A stretch of DNA of 64,000 nt from IMG/VR virus record IMGVR_UViG_3300029305_005387, one strand, 5' to 3'. The stretch is from a virus. Lineage: Duplodnaviria; Caudoviricetes. A program made the position numbers and the translations under genes. A model generated the notes under the pieces. It searched no databases. It saw only the letters and a program-made list of their open reading frames with translations, and was not told where the DNA came from. Position 1 is the first letter of the stretch, and the number at the start of each line of letters is the position of its first letter. Below are positions 50,216 through 60,430 of this stretch, piece after piece.

Positions 50216-52846
50216 TTAATTCTCTAATACAGCTACTCTTCGGAATAAACCACAATGACAAAGTCCTATCTCGTTACTTTCTCTAAACTCTTTACACATA
50301 CATTTTGTATCAGGAGTCTTTTCAATAACACAAGGACAATATCCATCGTTTTCTTTAAGCTTTTTCTTAATAAGTTCTACGTGTTCTTTATCTTCATTAG
50401 CAATAATTTTAGTTTTTACATTACCAGATACAGATTCTGCACTTATTTTGAAGGAATCTATAATTTTATTTAATCCTTCAAATACATGTAAAACTTTACC
50501 ATCAAGAGATGTTGATACTAATGTAGGGGTTTTTGTAACATTTAAAGCTCTTGCTAATTCGATATTTGCAGCTCCGATAATTACATCATATTCGGTTCCA
50601 TGGTTATCAAGGAACTTCTTAGCTTCTTTACAGTTAGGGCATGTAGAAGATACAAATAGAATATTTGATTTAAAGTTCTTGAAATAATCTTCAGATATTT
50701 CCAAAGTATTTTCTTCTTTTTTATCTTGATTTAATGGTCCTTCATGAGTTAACTTCGAAGTAGTAATGTTATAATTCTGACGATCATCAAATTCCTGTGT
50801 TTTACCATCATTCCAATTCTGTACAGGACGATAGTACCCAGTGATACGACTGTATACTTCTGTAGATTCACCGCAATGAGGACACTTATATTGTTCACCT
50901 ACTAGATATCCATGATTTTTACATACAGAATATGTTGGACTTAAAGTAATATATGGAAGTCTGTAATTATCGGTGATAGTTTTTACAAGTTTAGCAGCTG
51001 ATTTCCAATCAGATAATTTTTCTCCTAAGAAAGCATGGAATACAGTACCTGAAGTATATAGAACTTGTAATTCATCCTGTACATCAAGAGCTTCAAAAAT
51101 ATCATCTGTACATCCTACTGGTAAATGTGAAGAGTTTGTATAGTAAGGAGTACCATTTTCATTAGCACTGATAATATCAGGATATCTCTCTTTATCATGT
51201 TTTGCTAATCTGAAAGAAGTTGATTCTGCTGGTGTAGCTTCAAGGTTATACAGATCACCATATAATTCTTGATAATCAGATAATCTATCTCTCATAAAGT
51301 TAAGAACAGCTTTTGCAAATTCTTGAGATTCTTTATGAGTTAAATCTTTCTGAATCCATTTAGCATTTAAACAAGCTTCATTCATACCAACAATACCAAT
51401 CGTAGAGAAATGGTTATCTAATGTACCAAGATATCTCTTTGTGTATGGATATAATCCAGCTTCAAGAAGTTTAGTAATAATCGTTCTTTTCACATTTAAA
51501 CTTCTTGCTGCAAGATCCATCAAATTTTTTAGCTTTGCATAGAATTCATCTTTATTTTGTGATAAATATGCAATTTTAGGTAAATTCAGTGTTACTACAC
51601 CGATACTACCTGTAGACTCTCCACTTCCGAAAAATCCACCCTGTTTCTTTCGCAATTCTCTTAGATCGAGCAATAACCGGCAGCACATACTACGGATATC
51701 ACTAGGATTTAGGTCACTATTTACGTAATTTGTGAAATATGGAATTCCATACTTAGCAGCCATTTCAAATAGAAGCTTGTTATTTTCAGTTTCAGACCAA
51801 TCGAAATCTTTTGTAATAGAATAAGTCGGGATGGGATACTGGAATCCTCTTCCATTAGCGTCTCCTTCAATCATCAATTCAATAAATGCCTTATTAATCA
51901 TATCAATTTCTTTCTGACATTCACCATATGTGAAATCTTGTTGTTTTCCACCAACGATGGCAGGAAGATTTTTCATATCTTCAGGACAAGTCCAATCTAA
52001 TGTTACATTAGAAAACGGAGCTTGTGTTCCCCAACGAGAAGGAGTATTTACACCATAAATGAAACTCTGTAAACATTGTTTAGTTTCTTTATAAGAAAGA
52101 TTATCAATCTTTACAAATGGTGCGAGGTAAGTATCAAATGAAGAAAATGCTTGTGCACCAGCCCATTCATTCTGCATGATACCTAAAAAGTTTACCATTT
52201 GATTACATAAAGTTGATAAATGACTTGCAGGTGTAGATGTAATCTTTCCAGGAACACCACCTAGTCCTTCTTCAATTAACTGACGTAAAGACCAACCAGC
52301 ACAATATGCCGTTAACATACCAAGATCATGAATATGGAAATCACAATTTCTATGAGCATTTGCAATGTCTTGATCGTAAACCTCTGACAACCAATAGTTT
52401 GCTGTTACTGCACCAGAGTTAGAAAGAATTAATCCGCCAACTGAGTATGTTACTGTAGAATTCTCTTTAACTCGCCAGTCATTAATTTTCAAATACTTGT
52501 CAATTGTCTCTTTATAATCAATAAGAGTGTTGTTTACATTGCGTAATTTCTCTCGTTGTTTTCTATATAAAATGTAAGCCTTTGCTACTTCAGTATATCC
52601 AGTTTCAGAAAGCACATGTTCTACACTATCTTGAATATCTTCAACACTGATTTTGTTTTCAACAATCTTTTCTTCAAAATCAGAATTGACTCTGATAGTG
52701 ATCAATTCGACTGTAGTTGAATGTACCTTTTTATTTGTAGCATCGAATGCTTTAGTAATTGCAGAAATAATTTTATTGATATTGAAATCAACAATTTCTC
52801 CGCTACGTTTGACTACTTTAAAGTCGTTAGTTGAAAAATGTTCCAT
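50216..52846 (-). CDS. nrdD: Anaerobic (class III) ribonucleotide reductase fused to glutaredoxin-like and ferredoxin:thioredoxin-reductase-like domains
   Basis: ATP cone VVKRSG; HIHDL; AYCAG; RSMCCRL; EATPAE; CKNH/CPHC; YSRITGYYRP; then CPNC; then CPC-CMC-CHC. Confidence 0.92.
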   Translation of the reverse strand: MEHFSTNDFKVVKRSGEIVDFNINKIISAITKAFDATNKKVHSTTVELITIRVNSDFEEKIVENKISVEDIQDSVEHVLSETGYTEVAKAYILYRKQREKLRNVNNTLIDYKETIDKYLKINDWRVKENSTVTYSVGGLILSNSGAVTANYWLSEVYDQDIANAHRNCDFHIHDLGMLTAYCAGWSLRQLIEEGLGGVPGKITSTPASHLSTLCNQMVNFLGIMQNEWAGAQAFSSFDTYLAPFVKIDNLSYKETKQCLQSFIYGVNTPSRWGTQAPFSNVTLDWTCPEDMKNLPAIVGGKQQDFTYGECQKEIDMINKAFIELMIEGDANGRGFQYPIPTYSITKDFDWSETENNKLLFEMAAKYGIPYFTNYVNSDLNPSDIRSMCCRLLLDLRELRKKQGGFFGSGESTGSIGVVTLNLPKIAYLSQNKDEFYAKLKNLMDLAARSLNVKRTIITKLLEAGLYPYTKRYLGTLDNHFSTIGIVGMNEACLNAKWIQKDLTHKESQEFAKAVLNFMRDRLSDYQELYGDLYNLEATPAESTSFRLAKHDKERYPDIISANENGTPYYTNSSHLPVGCTDDIFEALDVQDELQVLYTSGTVFHAFLGEKLSDWKSAAKLVKTITDNYRLPYITLSPTYSVCKNHGYLVGEQYKCPHCGESTEVYSRITGYYRPVQNWNDGKTQEFDDRQNYNITTSKLTHEGPLNQDKKEENTLEISEDYFKNFKSNILFVSSTCPNCKEAKKFLDNHGTEYDVIIGAANIELARALNVTKTPTLVSTSLDGKVLHVFEGLNKIIDSFKISAESVSGNVKTKIIANEDKEHVELIKKKLKENDGYCPCVIEKTPDTKCMCKEFRESNEIGLCHCGLFRRVAVLEN

Positions 52847-52914
52847 TATTTTACATCTCCTTTTTTAATTTTGATTAATATATTGAAATGACTTTTTTAA
52901 GATTTAAAGTCATT

Positions 52915-52922
52915 ATAATATA
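52915..52922 (-). promoter_or_regulatory. TATATTAT early-promoter-like motif upstream of nrdD
   Basis: ataatata on plus strand. Confidence 0.45.
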
Positions 52923-52934
52923 CGAAAATAAAAT

Positions 52935-52966
52935 TGATAGGTGTGGGAAATTTCCCACACCTATCA
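52935..52966. terminator. Perfect 32-bp palindrome
   Basis: tgataggtgtgggaaa|tttcccacacctatca. Confidence 0.75.
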
Positions 52967-52972
52967 TTATTC

Positions 52973-54475
52973 TTAAGATACAACGATGTTCGGTTTATTT
53001 TCTTCAGTAAATACCATTGGTTGTCCACCATCATAAAGGTAATATAACTGAAGTTTATCTTTGTGCTTATTGCCACTAAGCATAATGTTGACATTACTCA
53101 TGTTAGTAGTTGCAGCACCGTAAGGCTGTACTAATAGGATACCTGCATATTCAGGATATTCTTCATTCGTTTTGTAATATACATTGTTTTCAATATAGAT
53201 ATTACATTTTGCATCACCTTTGGTACCAACACGAACCGCGTTACTGGAATATTCAAATACATTATCACGGATGTAGATATTTGCATTATCTTCTACATCA
53301 TAGATGTTGATAATGTTGTTAGAACATACAGATTCTTCAAAGTAGTTATTAGAAATAGAACTTCCATCAGTTAATTTCTGAACAAGTTCCATACCGTTGT
53401 AATAGCTACCTACTTCAGAAGTAACATTTGTACCAAAATAACATCCTTCAATTACAAGTTTAACTGGTTCATTTCCTCTAGCTAAGCAAAGATAAGATTT
53501 TTCCTGATAAGGTTCAATGTCTTTGATTACACAGTTTTCAAGTGAAACTGTTCCAGCTCCTGAAGTAAGATTTAAATATGCTTCTTTAGTAAGTGTAATA
53601 CCTTTCAAAGAAACATTTACATTTTCAGCGATATTGAAAGATCCACTAAATACAGTACCAGTATCTTTACCCTTGAAAGCGACTGTGTTAACTTTGATAT
53701 CAGGATTGCTACCTAAAATCTCTACATCTTTAGTGATATTAATTTTACCACTGACATCACCAGTAGGAAGATTTACAATACCAGATTCGGAAGAAGTAAT
53801 AGCTTCTTCAATTGCAGTTGCACTCATCTGAGTTACAGGAATTTCTTTATCTGCAAATTTAACTAACTTGATATCAATTTCTTTCACAGATCCATCTTCA
53901 ATGAATACAACTTTCTGAGGAGTCAACATAGAATCAGAAGTGATTGCAACAATCTTTGCAGTTACGTTCTTATCAACGCCATTATCCAAATCAAGATAAA
54001 TAAACTGCTGATAAATACTTCCTTCAAACAGATCAAATTCATTCAATCCATTGTCAGAAAGTTCAACCTCCATATGTACACCATACTTCAAACCAACAGA
54101 CATACGTTTTACAACATCACCATCAGGTTTGAATTCAAGAATTTCTCTTACAGGAACATTGATAACTTTAGAATGATATTGTTCAGAACAGTCAAGTGAG
54201 ATAGACTGTAGGGTTACATCTTCATCAAAGTAACTCTTTACGTCATCAATAGAACTGTAAACGTGTTTTACATTTTTCTTAGTGAAGCTAATCTTATCTA
54301 ATCGACCACTCACTACAGCAATGTCACCATTAAGAGCATATCGTAAATTCTCAATAATGTCTTCTTTTTCAAAGGCATCTGTAGTGATATCACCATTTTC
54401 ATAGATAGTATTGATCATTAACTTCAGCTTCTGAGATAAATGTGTTTCAATTACTCTTGCCATTTTAATTGTCAT
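52973..54475 (-). CDS. Probable virion protein with C-terminal right-handed beta-helix
   Basis: Repeating ISNNYF/IRDNVF/IENNVY/LENCVI/IEGCYF; AACA-N6-TA upstream (54510-54521). Confidence 0.55.
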   Translation of the reverse strand: MTIKMARVIETHLSQKLKLMINTIYENGDITTDAFEKEDIIENLRYALNGDIAVVSGRLDKISFTKKNVKHVYSSIDDVKSYFDEDVTLQSISLDCSEQYHSKVINVPVREILEFKPDGDVVKRMSVGLKYGVHMEVELSDNGLNEFDLFEGSIYQQFIYLDLDNGVDKNVTAKIVAITSDSMLTPQKVVFIEDGSVKEIDIKLVKFADKEIPVTQMSATAIEEAITSSESGIVNLPTGDVSGKINITKDVEILGSNPDIKVNTVAFKGKDTGTVFSGSFNIAENVNVSLKGITLTKEAYLNLTSGAGTVSLENCVIKDIEPYQEKSYLCLARGNEPVKLVIEGCYFGTNVTSEVGSYYNGMELVQKLTDGSSISNNYFEESVCSNNIINIYDVEDNANIYIRDNVFEYSSNAVRVGTKGDAKCNIYIENNVYYKTNEEYPEYAGILLVQPYGAATTNMSNVNIMLSGNKHKDKLQLYYLYDGGQPMVFTEENKPNIVVS

Positions 54476-54531
54476 CCTTTCTTTTTAATTTACTATATTT
54501 ACTATAGGTTATCAGCTTGTTTCACAGAAAT

Positions 54532-54561
54532 CGTCATGGACTGGAATTCCAGTCCATGACG
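54532..54561. terminator. Perfect 30-bp palindrome
   Basis: cgtcatggactggaa|ttccagtccatgacg; lacks a clear U-tract. Confidence 0.6.
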
Positions 54562-54708
54562 TTACAGAACGAAACCAAAAATTTCAAGCATAATTTCAGT
54601 TATGTCATTAGCAGTCATCGGAATCAATCCATAGTCTGCTAAAGTTTTGTCACCTATTACAGTTACACCATTAAGTATTGGAAGTCCCAAAAGTTCATCA
54701 TAATTCAT
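54562..54708 (-). CDS. Small protein (48 aa) resembling a fibre-associated repeat
   Basis: MNYDELLGLPILNGVTVIGDKTLADYGL...; RBS gaggag. Confidence 0.5.
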   Translation of the reverse strand: MNYDELLGLPILNGVTVIGDKTLADYGLIPMTANDITEIMLEIFGFVL

Positions 54709-54747
54709 ATATTGTAACTCCTCTCATTAATATTTTTATCAATGAGT

Positions 54748-55341
54748 TTATTTATTTAATACAGGAGCTATCTTTTCATACATCTCATCAATTAAATGAT
54801 GCTGACCGTCATTAGAAGCAGCAACTGCTAACTGATCTGCTCTTTCATTGAATTCGTGACCTGTATGTCCTTCTACATGATTCATGATCAAGTTAATATT
54901 CATTGATCTCAGCTGGTTCTGAATATTAATAATTTGCTCCCACAGATCTTTATTTTTCACATCTTTTGGTTTCTGACCATTGTAGTTAGATGTCAGCCAA
55001 TTATTTGATTGCCAGCGAGTAATCCAATTTTGTTTAATTGCTTTTACAAAATAATCAGAGTCAGAACTCAATGTAATCTGAGTTGGAATATCATTGATAA
55101 ATATACCATTCTTTATTTCATGAATGATTCTATTTAATCCATAAATTCCTGCCATGATTTCCATTCGATTGTTTGTACTCAAACGAAAACCTTGATTTCC
55201 TTCAATAGTCTTAGTTTCAGGCATTCCTTCAAAGTCATCATCTGAAAGCTCGGTATATTTGATAATATATCCAAGACCTGATGCTCCAGGGTTACGTAGA
55301 CTTGATCCATCTGTAAATAGTTCAATAGATTTATTAATCAT
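54748..55341 (-). CDS. rnhA: Ribonuclease HI
   Basis: FTDGS..NPG; TNNRMEI; SDSDY; VKNKDLW; HVEGHTG..NERADQLA. Confidence 0.93.
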   Translation of the reverse strand: MINKSIELFTDGSSLRNPGASGLGYIIKYTELSDDDFEGMPETKTIEGNQGFRLSTNNRMEIMAGIYGLNRIIHEIKNGIFINDIPTQITLSSDSDYFVKAIKQNWITRWQSNNWLTSNYNGQKPKDVKNKDLWEQIINIQNQLRSMNINLIMNHVEGHTGHEFNERADQLAVAASNDGQHHLIDEMYEKIAPVLNK

Positions 55342-55401
55342 AATTAATAAATACCTCCTTTGATTTATTATATTTTTATGTAATTTTATTTTCGTTAGTT
55401 T

Positions 55402-55433
55402 ATAATGGAGGAGAAAATTTTCTCCTCCATTAT
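55402..55433. terminator. Perfect 32-bp palindrome
   Basis: ataatggaggagaaaa|ttttctcctccattat. Confidence 0.75.
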
Positions 55434-55434
55434 T

Positions 55435-56865
55435 TTAGTACTGAGAAATTTGTTCGTTAATAGCCTTTTCTGCCTTGGTGACAAGTTTCTTGAATTTTGG
55501 ATTATTATTCAATTTAGTAATTCTCTGTAATAGTGCAGCTTCTGTCTTCTTATTCTGTTTAGCAACTTTCTTTCGTTCAGACTGTTGCATATTTTCAGTA
55601 GTCATATTCATCTTACGACGGAGTTCCATAACATTAATACCGTTGGACTCCATAAGTTTAAAGAATTCTTGAAGTTCTTTATCTCCATATGTCATATAAC
55701 GTTCACCAACAGGTCTCTGTTTAGCAATCTCTTCACTAACCACCAAATCATAGATAAATACGTCATCATCATTAGCCCAAGATCCATCGAATCGAAGATC
55801 ATCCCAGAAACTCTTCTCTTTCTTTTCAGGTTCAAAGATACTATTTGTAATTAACATAGTTCTAGGTGTATAACTATCACCCTCTCTATTGTTAGGATTA
55901 CTTTGAATCTTTCTGAGCATATCATGAAGACTTTCTTTAGCATATCTTTCTTTCTTACTAAGTTTCTTATTTTTCTTCTTAGAATTGAATGTCTTCCTAT
56001 CATAACCTTTAATCATTCTAGGTTTGATATCTTTAACTTTCATTTCAGGAGGAGAATCGACATTGTTCTGTAGGTATTCGGCCTCTTCAAGAGAAATAAG
56101 TCTAAAGAATTTATCTTCTTCAGATTCTTCTTCACATTCTTCTTCACATTCAATATCGTCGAATTGATCATACCAACTATCATATTGTTTCTTTGGATCT
56201 TCTTTTACTAAATCTTTTGGATCTAATTCTGGATTAGAAATATAATTGATAATTAAATCCATATTATATTTATCTAATCCTTTCATTCTTGGCATTATAA
56301 TAGAATTAGAATAAATAAATCCATCTGAAACCATTTCAAAAAATCTTTCTTTGCTATGCATATAGTTATCTTTAGATTCTAATAACTCCCATGCATCTAC
56401 AACTACTCGCATAGCTTCAATGTACTTATCAATCTGACGATATGTTTTCTTTAACCCATTGAGTTTCATTCGAAGTTCAGCCAATGTATCATTCTTTACT
56501 CTTTCTTCATCACTGATATGATATACATCATTTTCACCATAATCATGTACTATTGTAGTTTCACATGATTGGCGAATTGCATTCATCTCACTCTCAGTGT
56601 ATTTATATTCTCTTCTTTTCGTGTAACGTTTGAAATGGACATCTTCCTCAATTTCTATTGGACCTGTCGGAAGTACAAATCCATTTTCATCTGCCTCACC
56701 TTGATCTTGTTTCATTTTTACAATTTCACTACTTGTTAGGAAATCTTCATTATCTTCATCATCATAATTATATGAATTTCCAATAGTAGATGAATCTCCA
56801 AATGCTCCAAACAAAGCTTCTTGTTCGATCAAATCTTGATATTGTTCAAAAGTACTTTTAGCCAT
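55435..56865 (-). CDS. Highly charged hypothetical protein
   Basis: 476-aa ORF; TATATTAT at 56904-56911 (minus). Confidence 0.6.
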   Translation of the reverse strand: MAKSTFEQYQDLIEQEALFGAFGDSSTIGNSYNYDDEDNEDFLTSSEIVKMKQDQGEADENGFVLPTGPIEIEEDVHFKRYTKRREYKYTESEMNAIRQSCETTIVHDYGENDVYHISDEERVKNDTLAELRMKLNGLKKTYRQIDKYIEAMRVVVDAWELLESKDNYMHSKERFFEMVSDGFIYSNSIIMPRMKGLDKYNMDLIINYISNPELDPKDLVKEDPKKQYDSWYDQFDDIECEEECEEESEEDKFFRLISLEEAEYLQNNVDSPPEMKVKDIKPRMIKGYDRKTFNSKKKNKKLSKKERYAKESLHDMLRKIQSNPNNREGDSYTPRTMLITNSIFEPEKKEKSFWDDLRFDGSWANDDDVFIYDLVVSEEIAKQRPVGERYMTYGDKELQEFFKLMESNGINVMELRRKMNMTTENMQQSERKKVAKQNKKTEAALLQRITKLNNNPKFKKLVTKAEKAINEQISQY

Positions 56866-56928
56866 ATATTAGTCACCTATCCTTTCTTTATTTCATTATT
56901 TTAATAATATATAAACAAGAAAGAATTT

Positions 56929-56968
56929 AATATATTAGAGGAATCCAATTGGATTCCTCTAATATATT
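56929..56968. terminator. Perfect 40-bp palindrome
   Basis: aatatattagaggaatccaa|ttggattcctctaatatatt. Confidence 0.75.
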
Positions 56969-56976
56969 TTTTAATA

Positions 56977-59523
56977 TTAAATCTTTCGACCTTTACTATG
57001 TGCTTGCTGAATATAACGATACTGTGTTCTAATTGATCCAGTAATGATTTCAAATAATGTACCATATTGATTCTTAATAGCTAATTCGATTTTACTCAAA
57101 GCTAGCTGACTTAAATCAACCTGATTCAATACTTTATTTTCGTTATTATTTTGCTGTGTAGTTTGAGGTTGTTGTGTTTGATTTTCAGTTCCACCGGTTA
57201 ATGTAGGTGGTTTCTCATCAGGTTTTTGTTCTGTGCTTGGAGGATCAATCTTCTGTCCAACTATTTTAGATTTGATAGTTGTAAGAGCCTGATCAATTCT
57301 GTTATTCAATTCAGTAATTCCTTGACGAGTCTGATCACATTTAGCCACATTTTCAAACCAAACATTTGTTAATTCTGCTTTAATCTCTTCATGAGAATTC
57401 AAGGTTTTAGTTTTTAATTCAGTATTAGAACTACTAGGATCGATACCAAACAGAATCCAGTTTCTATATAATTCATTGATCTTCTTTGCTTCAATTTTGT
57501 CATTATTGAATATCTTGTTAAGATCCATTTTTTCAGTTACATACAAATTATGGATATATTTGTCCAGAGACTCCTGAGATTTCAATACATCAGAATTGAA
57601 AGCATTTAGTTTATTAATCAATGTATCAATATGACTGATGTATACAGAACTTTTATATGGAATAATATTTTCCATAGGAGGTGTAAAAGTCATCTGTGTT
57701 AATGAACTTTGATATTTCTTACACCATTCAATCGCTTCATTCAATTCTCTGTTTGTCCAGAAAGTATCCCATTTCTTTTTCAAACCAGCAAGCCACGCCA
57801 TAAGAGCGTTTGCAACATCTTTAATATTTACAGCTTCATTATAATACCAGAAGTCTTTCATACCTGGAAGAGATTCTACATATTCATCATACATAGTCAT
57901 TTCTTCTAAAGATGGTAAAGAATAATCATCAATAAGATCCAAAGGAATACGAGTTAATTCAGGAACACCACTCATCATATTATGACTAGAGCTGAAATCA
58001 GATTTCTCTCCACCAGGAATTTTTATTGTCAAATCATTTATTGTATTTGCAATTTTGATATTACGAATTTCATTGATCTTCATTTCAATATCTCTAGCTT
58101 TATATAAGAAAGCAACGTTCAGTTCTTTATAAAGTTCAAGAATGTTTTTAGCTAATTCTGTAGCTGTAGTTAATGCAGAATTGTTATGCTTCGGATTATT
58201 TGACTCGTGGTTCATAAAGTCTTCAATGATATGGAAAGACATTTTAAGTTTACTAAGCATCTGAATAATAAATTCACCTAAATCAGAAGCAAGTTTCTGA
58301 TATCCTTCAATAGTTTCTTTTTCAGGTTTAGTACCACGAATAACATGTAGCATTTCCTGTTTGGAAGTAGTAACATTTTCAATTGCATGTTTAGGTGATA
58401 AAGTCATTGCATTTAAAGAATCTTTAATTCTAACTAAATCTTGGAAATTTCTGCTATACAACTGATCAGCATATAATCTATTAGACAAGAATTCTCTTAG
58501 CTCATTAGAAATCAATTTAGATCCAAAATAGTTATTTTCTAACTCCGCAAGTTCAGGTACACCAGCCGGATTAAATGAATCTCTCTTATCTGCAAAGAAA
58601 TTGTATGATCCAATGGATTTTAAGAACTTTTCATAAACCTGAGATACTTCTACAAGTTTATGAATATCTTTAAAAATAATTTCATTTGCATCTCTCATAA
58701 CAGTAATCTCATTATCAGAAGGAACTGATTTAATATGAGATTTTACAGATTCATTATAACTTCTAAAGAAGATATAAGGACATACATATTGAGAGATTGT
58801 ATAAATACGTGTAGCATATGCAGTTAATACATAATTCATGTATTCAACTACATGATTGATTACGGAAATCATTAACTTTGGTTCAATTGATCTAATCTGT
58901 AAATGTTTATTCAAATCATAAATGATATATTCGGCTGTCTTCTCAATAGATTTGTAAATTTCTTTTACATCCATCTTTTCAAATAAATCTTTTCCAGAGA
59001 TAGATTTAAATAAAGCTGCTTCTGCTTTGCTGGCTTTCTTTCTTGGACTGAATTCATTACCTAATGTAAATACTTCATCAAGTAGACCTGCAACGCTATC
59101 TGCTCTACCTTTAAAAGCTTTATTCACAATATATTCAAAGTAATCTTCAATATCATCACTTTCTGTAAACTTATGATTTGTGATTCCTTTAAATATACCA
59201 TCTGCAAATAATATGATAGAAGCAAAATCATATTTACAATATAAATATGATTTAACATCTTTATATTCAATTGCATAAGGACCTTCAGAAGGATCACAAC
59301 TATTCATACCGTCAGTAATTTTATCAGCATATTCAGACCACATATTCAAGAAACTACTAACTTCTCCCATGTAATCTTTAATAACATCTTTATTGATGTC
59401 TTCTGACATAATAACAGCTTTGAATATGTTTTGCTTTAATTTAGAAGCAGCTTTTGTTATTTCATGAACAGATTTTCTGAGATCTGTATCATGCATCATT
59501 TTAAAATCATATTTAGAACTCAT
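56977..59523 (-). CDS. Large helical protein, probable internal head protein
   Basis: YNES, YVES, YNEA followed by amphipathic ALMAWLAGLKKKWDTFW; GACA-N6-TA at 59560-59571; start reassigned after aaggag. Confidence 0.5.
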   Translation of the reverse strand: MSSKYDFKMMHDTDLRKSVHEITKAASKLKQNIFKAVIMSEDINKDVIKDYMGEVSSFLNMWSEYADKITDGMNSCDPSEGPYAIEYKDVKSYLYCKYDFASIILFADGIFKGITNHKFTESDDIEDYFEYIVNKAFKGRADSVAGLLDEVFTLGNEFSPRKKASKAEAALFKSISGKDLFEKMDVKEIYKSIEKTAEYIIYDLNKHLQIRSIEPKLMISVINHVVEYMNYVLTAYATRIYTISQYVCPYIFFRSYNESVKSHIKSVPSDNEITVMRDANEIIFKDIHKLVEVSQVYEKFLKSIGSYNFFADKRDSFNPAGVPELAELENNYFGSKLISNELREFLSNRLYADQLYSRNFQDLVRIKDSLNAMTLSPKHAIENVTTSKQEMLHVIRGTKPEKETIEGYQKLASDLGEFIIQMLSKLKMSFHIIEDFMNHESNNPKHNNSALTTATELAKNILELYKELNVAFLYKARDIEMKINEIRNIKIANTINDLTIKIPGGEKSDFSSSHNMMSGVPELTRIPLDLIDDYSLPSLEEMTMYDEYVESLPGMKDFWYYNEAVNIKDVANALMAWLAGLKKKWDTFWTNRELNEAIEWCKKYQSSLTQMTFTPPMENIIPYKSSVYISHIDTLINKLNAFNSDVLKSQESLDKYIHNLYVTEKMDLNKIFNNDKIEAKKINELYRNWILFGIDPSSSNTELKTKTLNSHEEIKAELTNVWFENVAKCDQTRQGITELNNRIDQALTTIKSKIVGQKIDPPSTEQKPDEKPPTLTGGTENQTQQPQTTQQNNNENKVLNQVDLSQLALSKIELAIKNQYGTLFEIITGSIRTQYRYIQQAHSKGRKI

Positions 59524-59675
59524 TATTAGCACTCTCCTTTTATTTTTATATTCATGAATTAACTTTCTGTCTTAATACGCATACTTTTCATACTATTATT
59601 AAAATACATATTACATGTATTATAAAAATTTCTGCAATACCAAGATTAAATCTATATTAAAGGGGTGGTTACCAT

Positions 59676-60425
59676 ATGAAAATATACAGATGTCAACATT
59701 GTAAATTCAGTGTCGCTGTTAATAAAAATAAAAAAGGTATTCATAGTGCTAAATATATAATGGGTCATCATTATGAAACTAAACATAAAAACCTGTTACC
59801 AGAAGGAATGAGTGGTTACAGATGGTTTTATTATTTATTAACAAAAAAAGACAGAGGAAGTTGTGTCGAGTGTAAAGGTGAAACTGATTTCAATGAGATC
59901 ACTATGAAATATTCCCGTTTTTGTAATAATCCACAATGTAAGCAAAAATATAAAGAAGAACGAGATCGTAGAATGATGGGTAAATATGGCAAACTATATT
60001 TACTTGATGATCCTGAAATGCAAAAGAAGATGCAACAAGGAAGAAAAATAGCTGGATCATATACATGGAGTGATGGAAAAACAAAGATACCTTATTTAGG
60101 CACATATGAATTAGACTTCTTGAAACATTTAGATATTAATTTACACTGGCCTGTTTCCGATATTATTTGTCCATCTCCTCATGTTTATACATATGAATAC
60201 AAAGGAGAATCTCATTTCTATATTCCTGATGCATTTATCCCATCAATGAATTTAGAAATTGAAATAAAAAGTACGGAACGTATGTACAATCAAAATCAAG
60301 AGAGTATGGAAAAAGAAAAAATAAAAGATGATTTAATGAAGTCCTGCTCTAATATGTTTAACTATTTAAGAATTGAAAATAAAAATTATGCTCCATTTGA
60401 AGCATTGATTATGAAGGAGGATTAA
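59676..60425 (+). CDS. Zinc-finger + PD-(D/E)xK (TnsA-like) endonuclease
   Basis: CQHC...HYETKH; CVEC...CNNPQC; GTYELDF; YIPDAFIP..EIEIK. Confidence 0.7.
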   Translation: MKIYRCQHCKFSVAVNKNKKGIHSAKYIMGHHYETKHKNLLPEGMSGYRWFYYLLTKKDRGSCVECKGETDFNEITMKYSRFCNNPQCKQKYKEERDRRMMGKYGKLYLLDDPEMQKKMQQGRKIAGSYTWSDGKTKIPYLGTYELDFLKHLDINLHWPVSDIICPSPHVYTYEYKGESHFYIPDAFIPSMNLEIEIKSTERMYNQNQESMEKEKIKDDLMKSCSNMFNYLRIENKNYAPFEALIMKED

Positions 60426-60430
60426 GAGAC

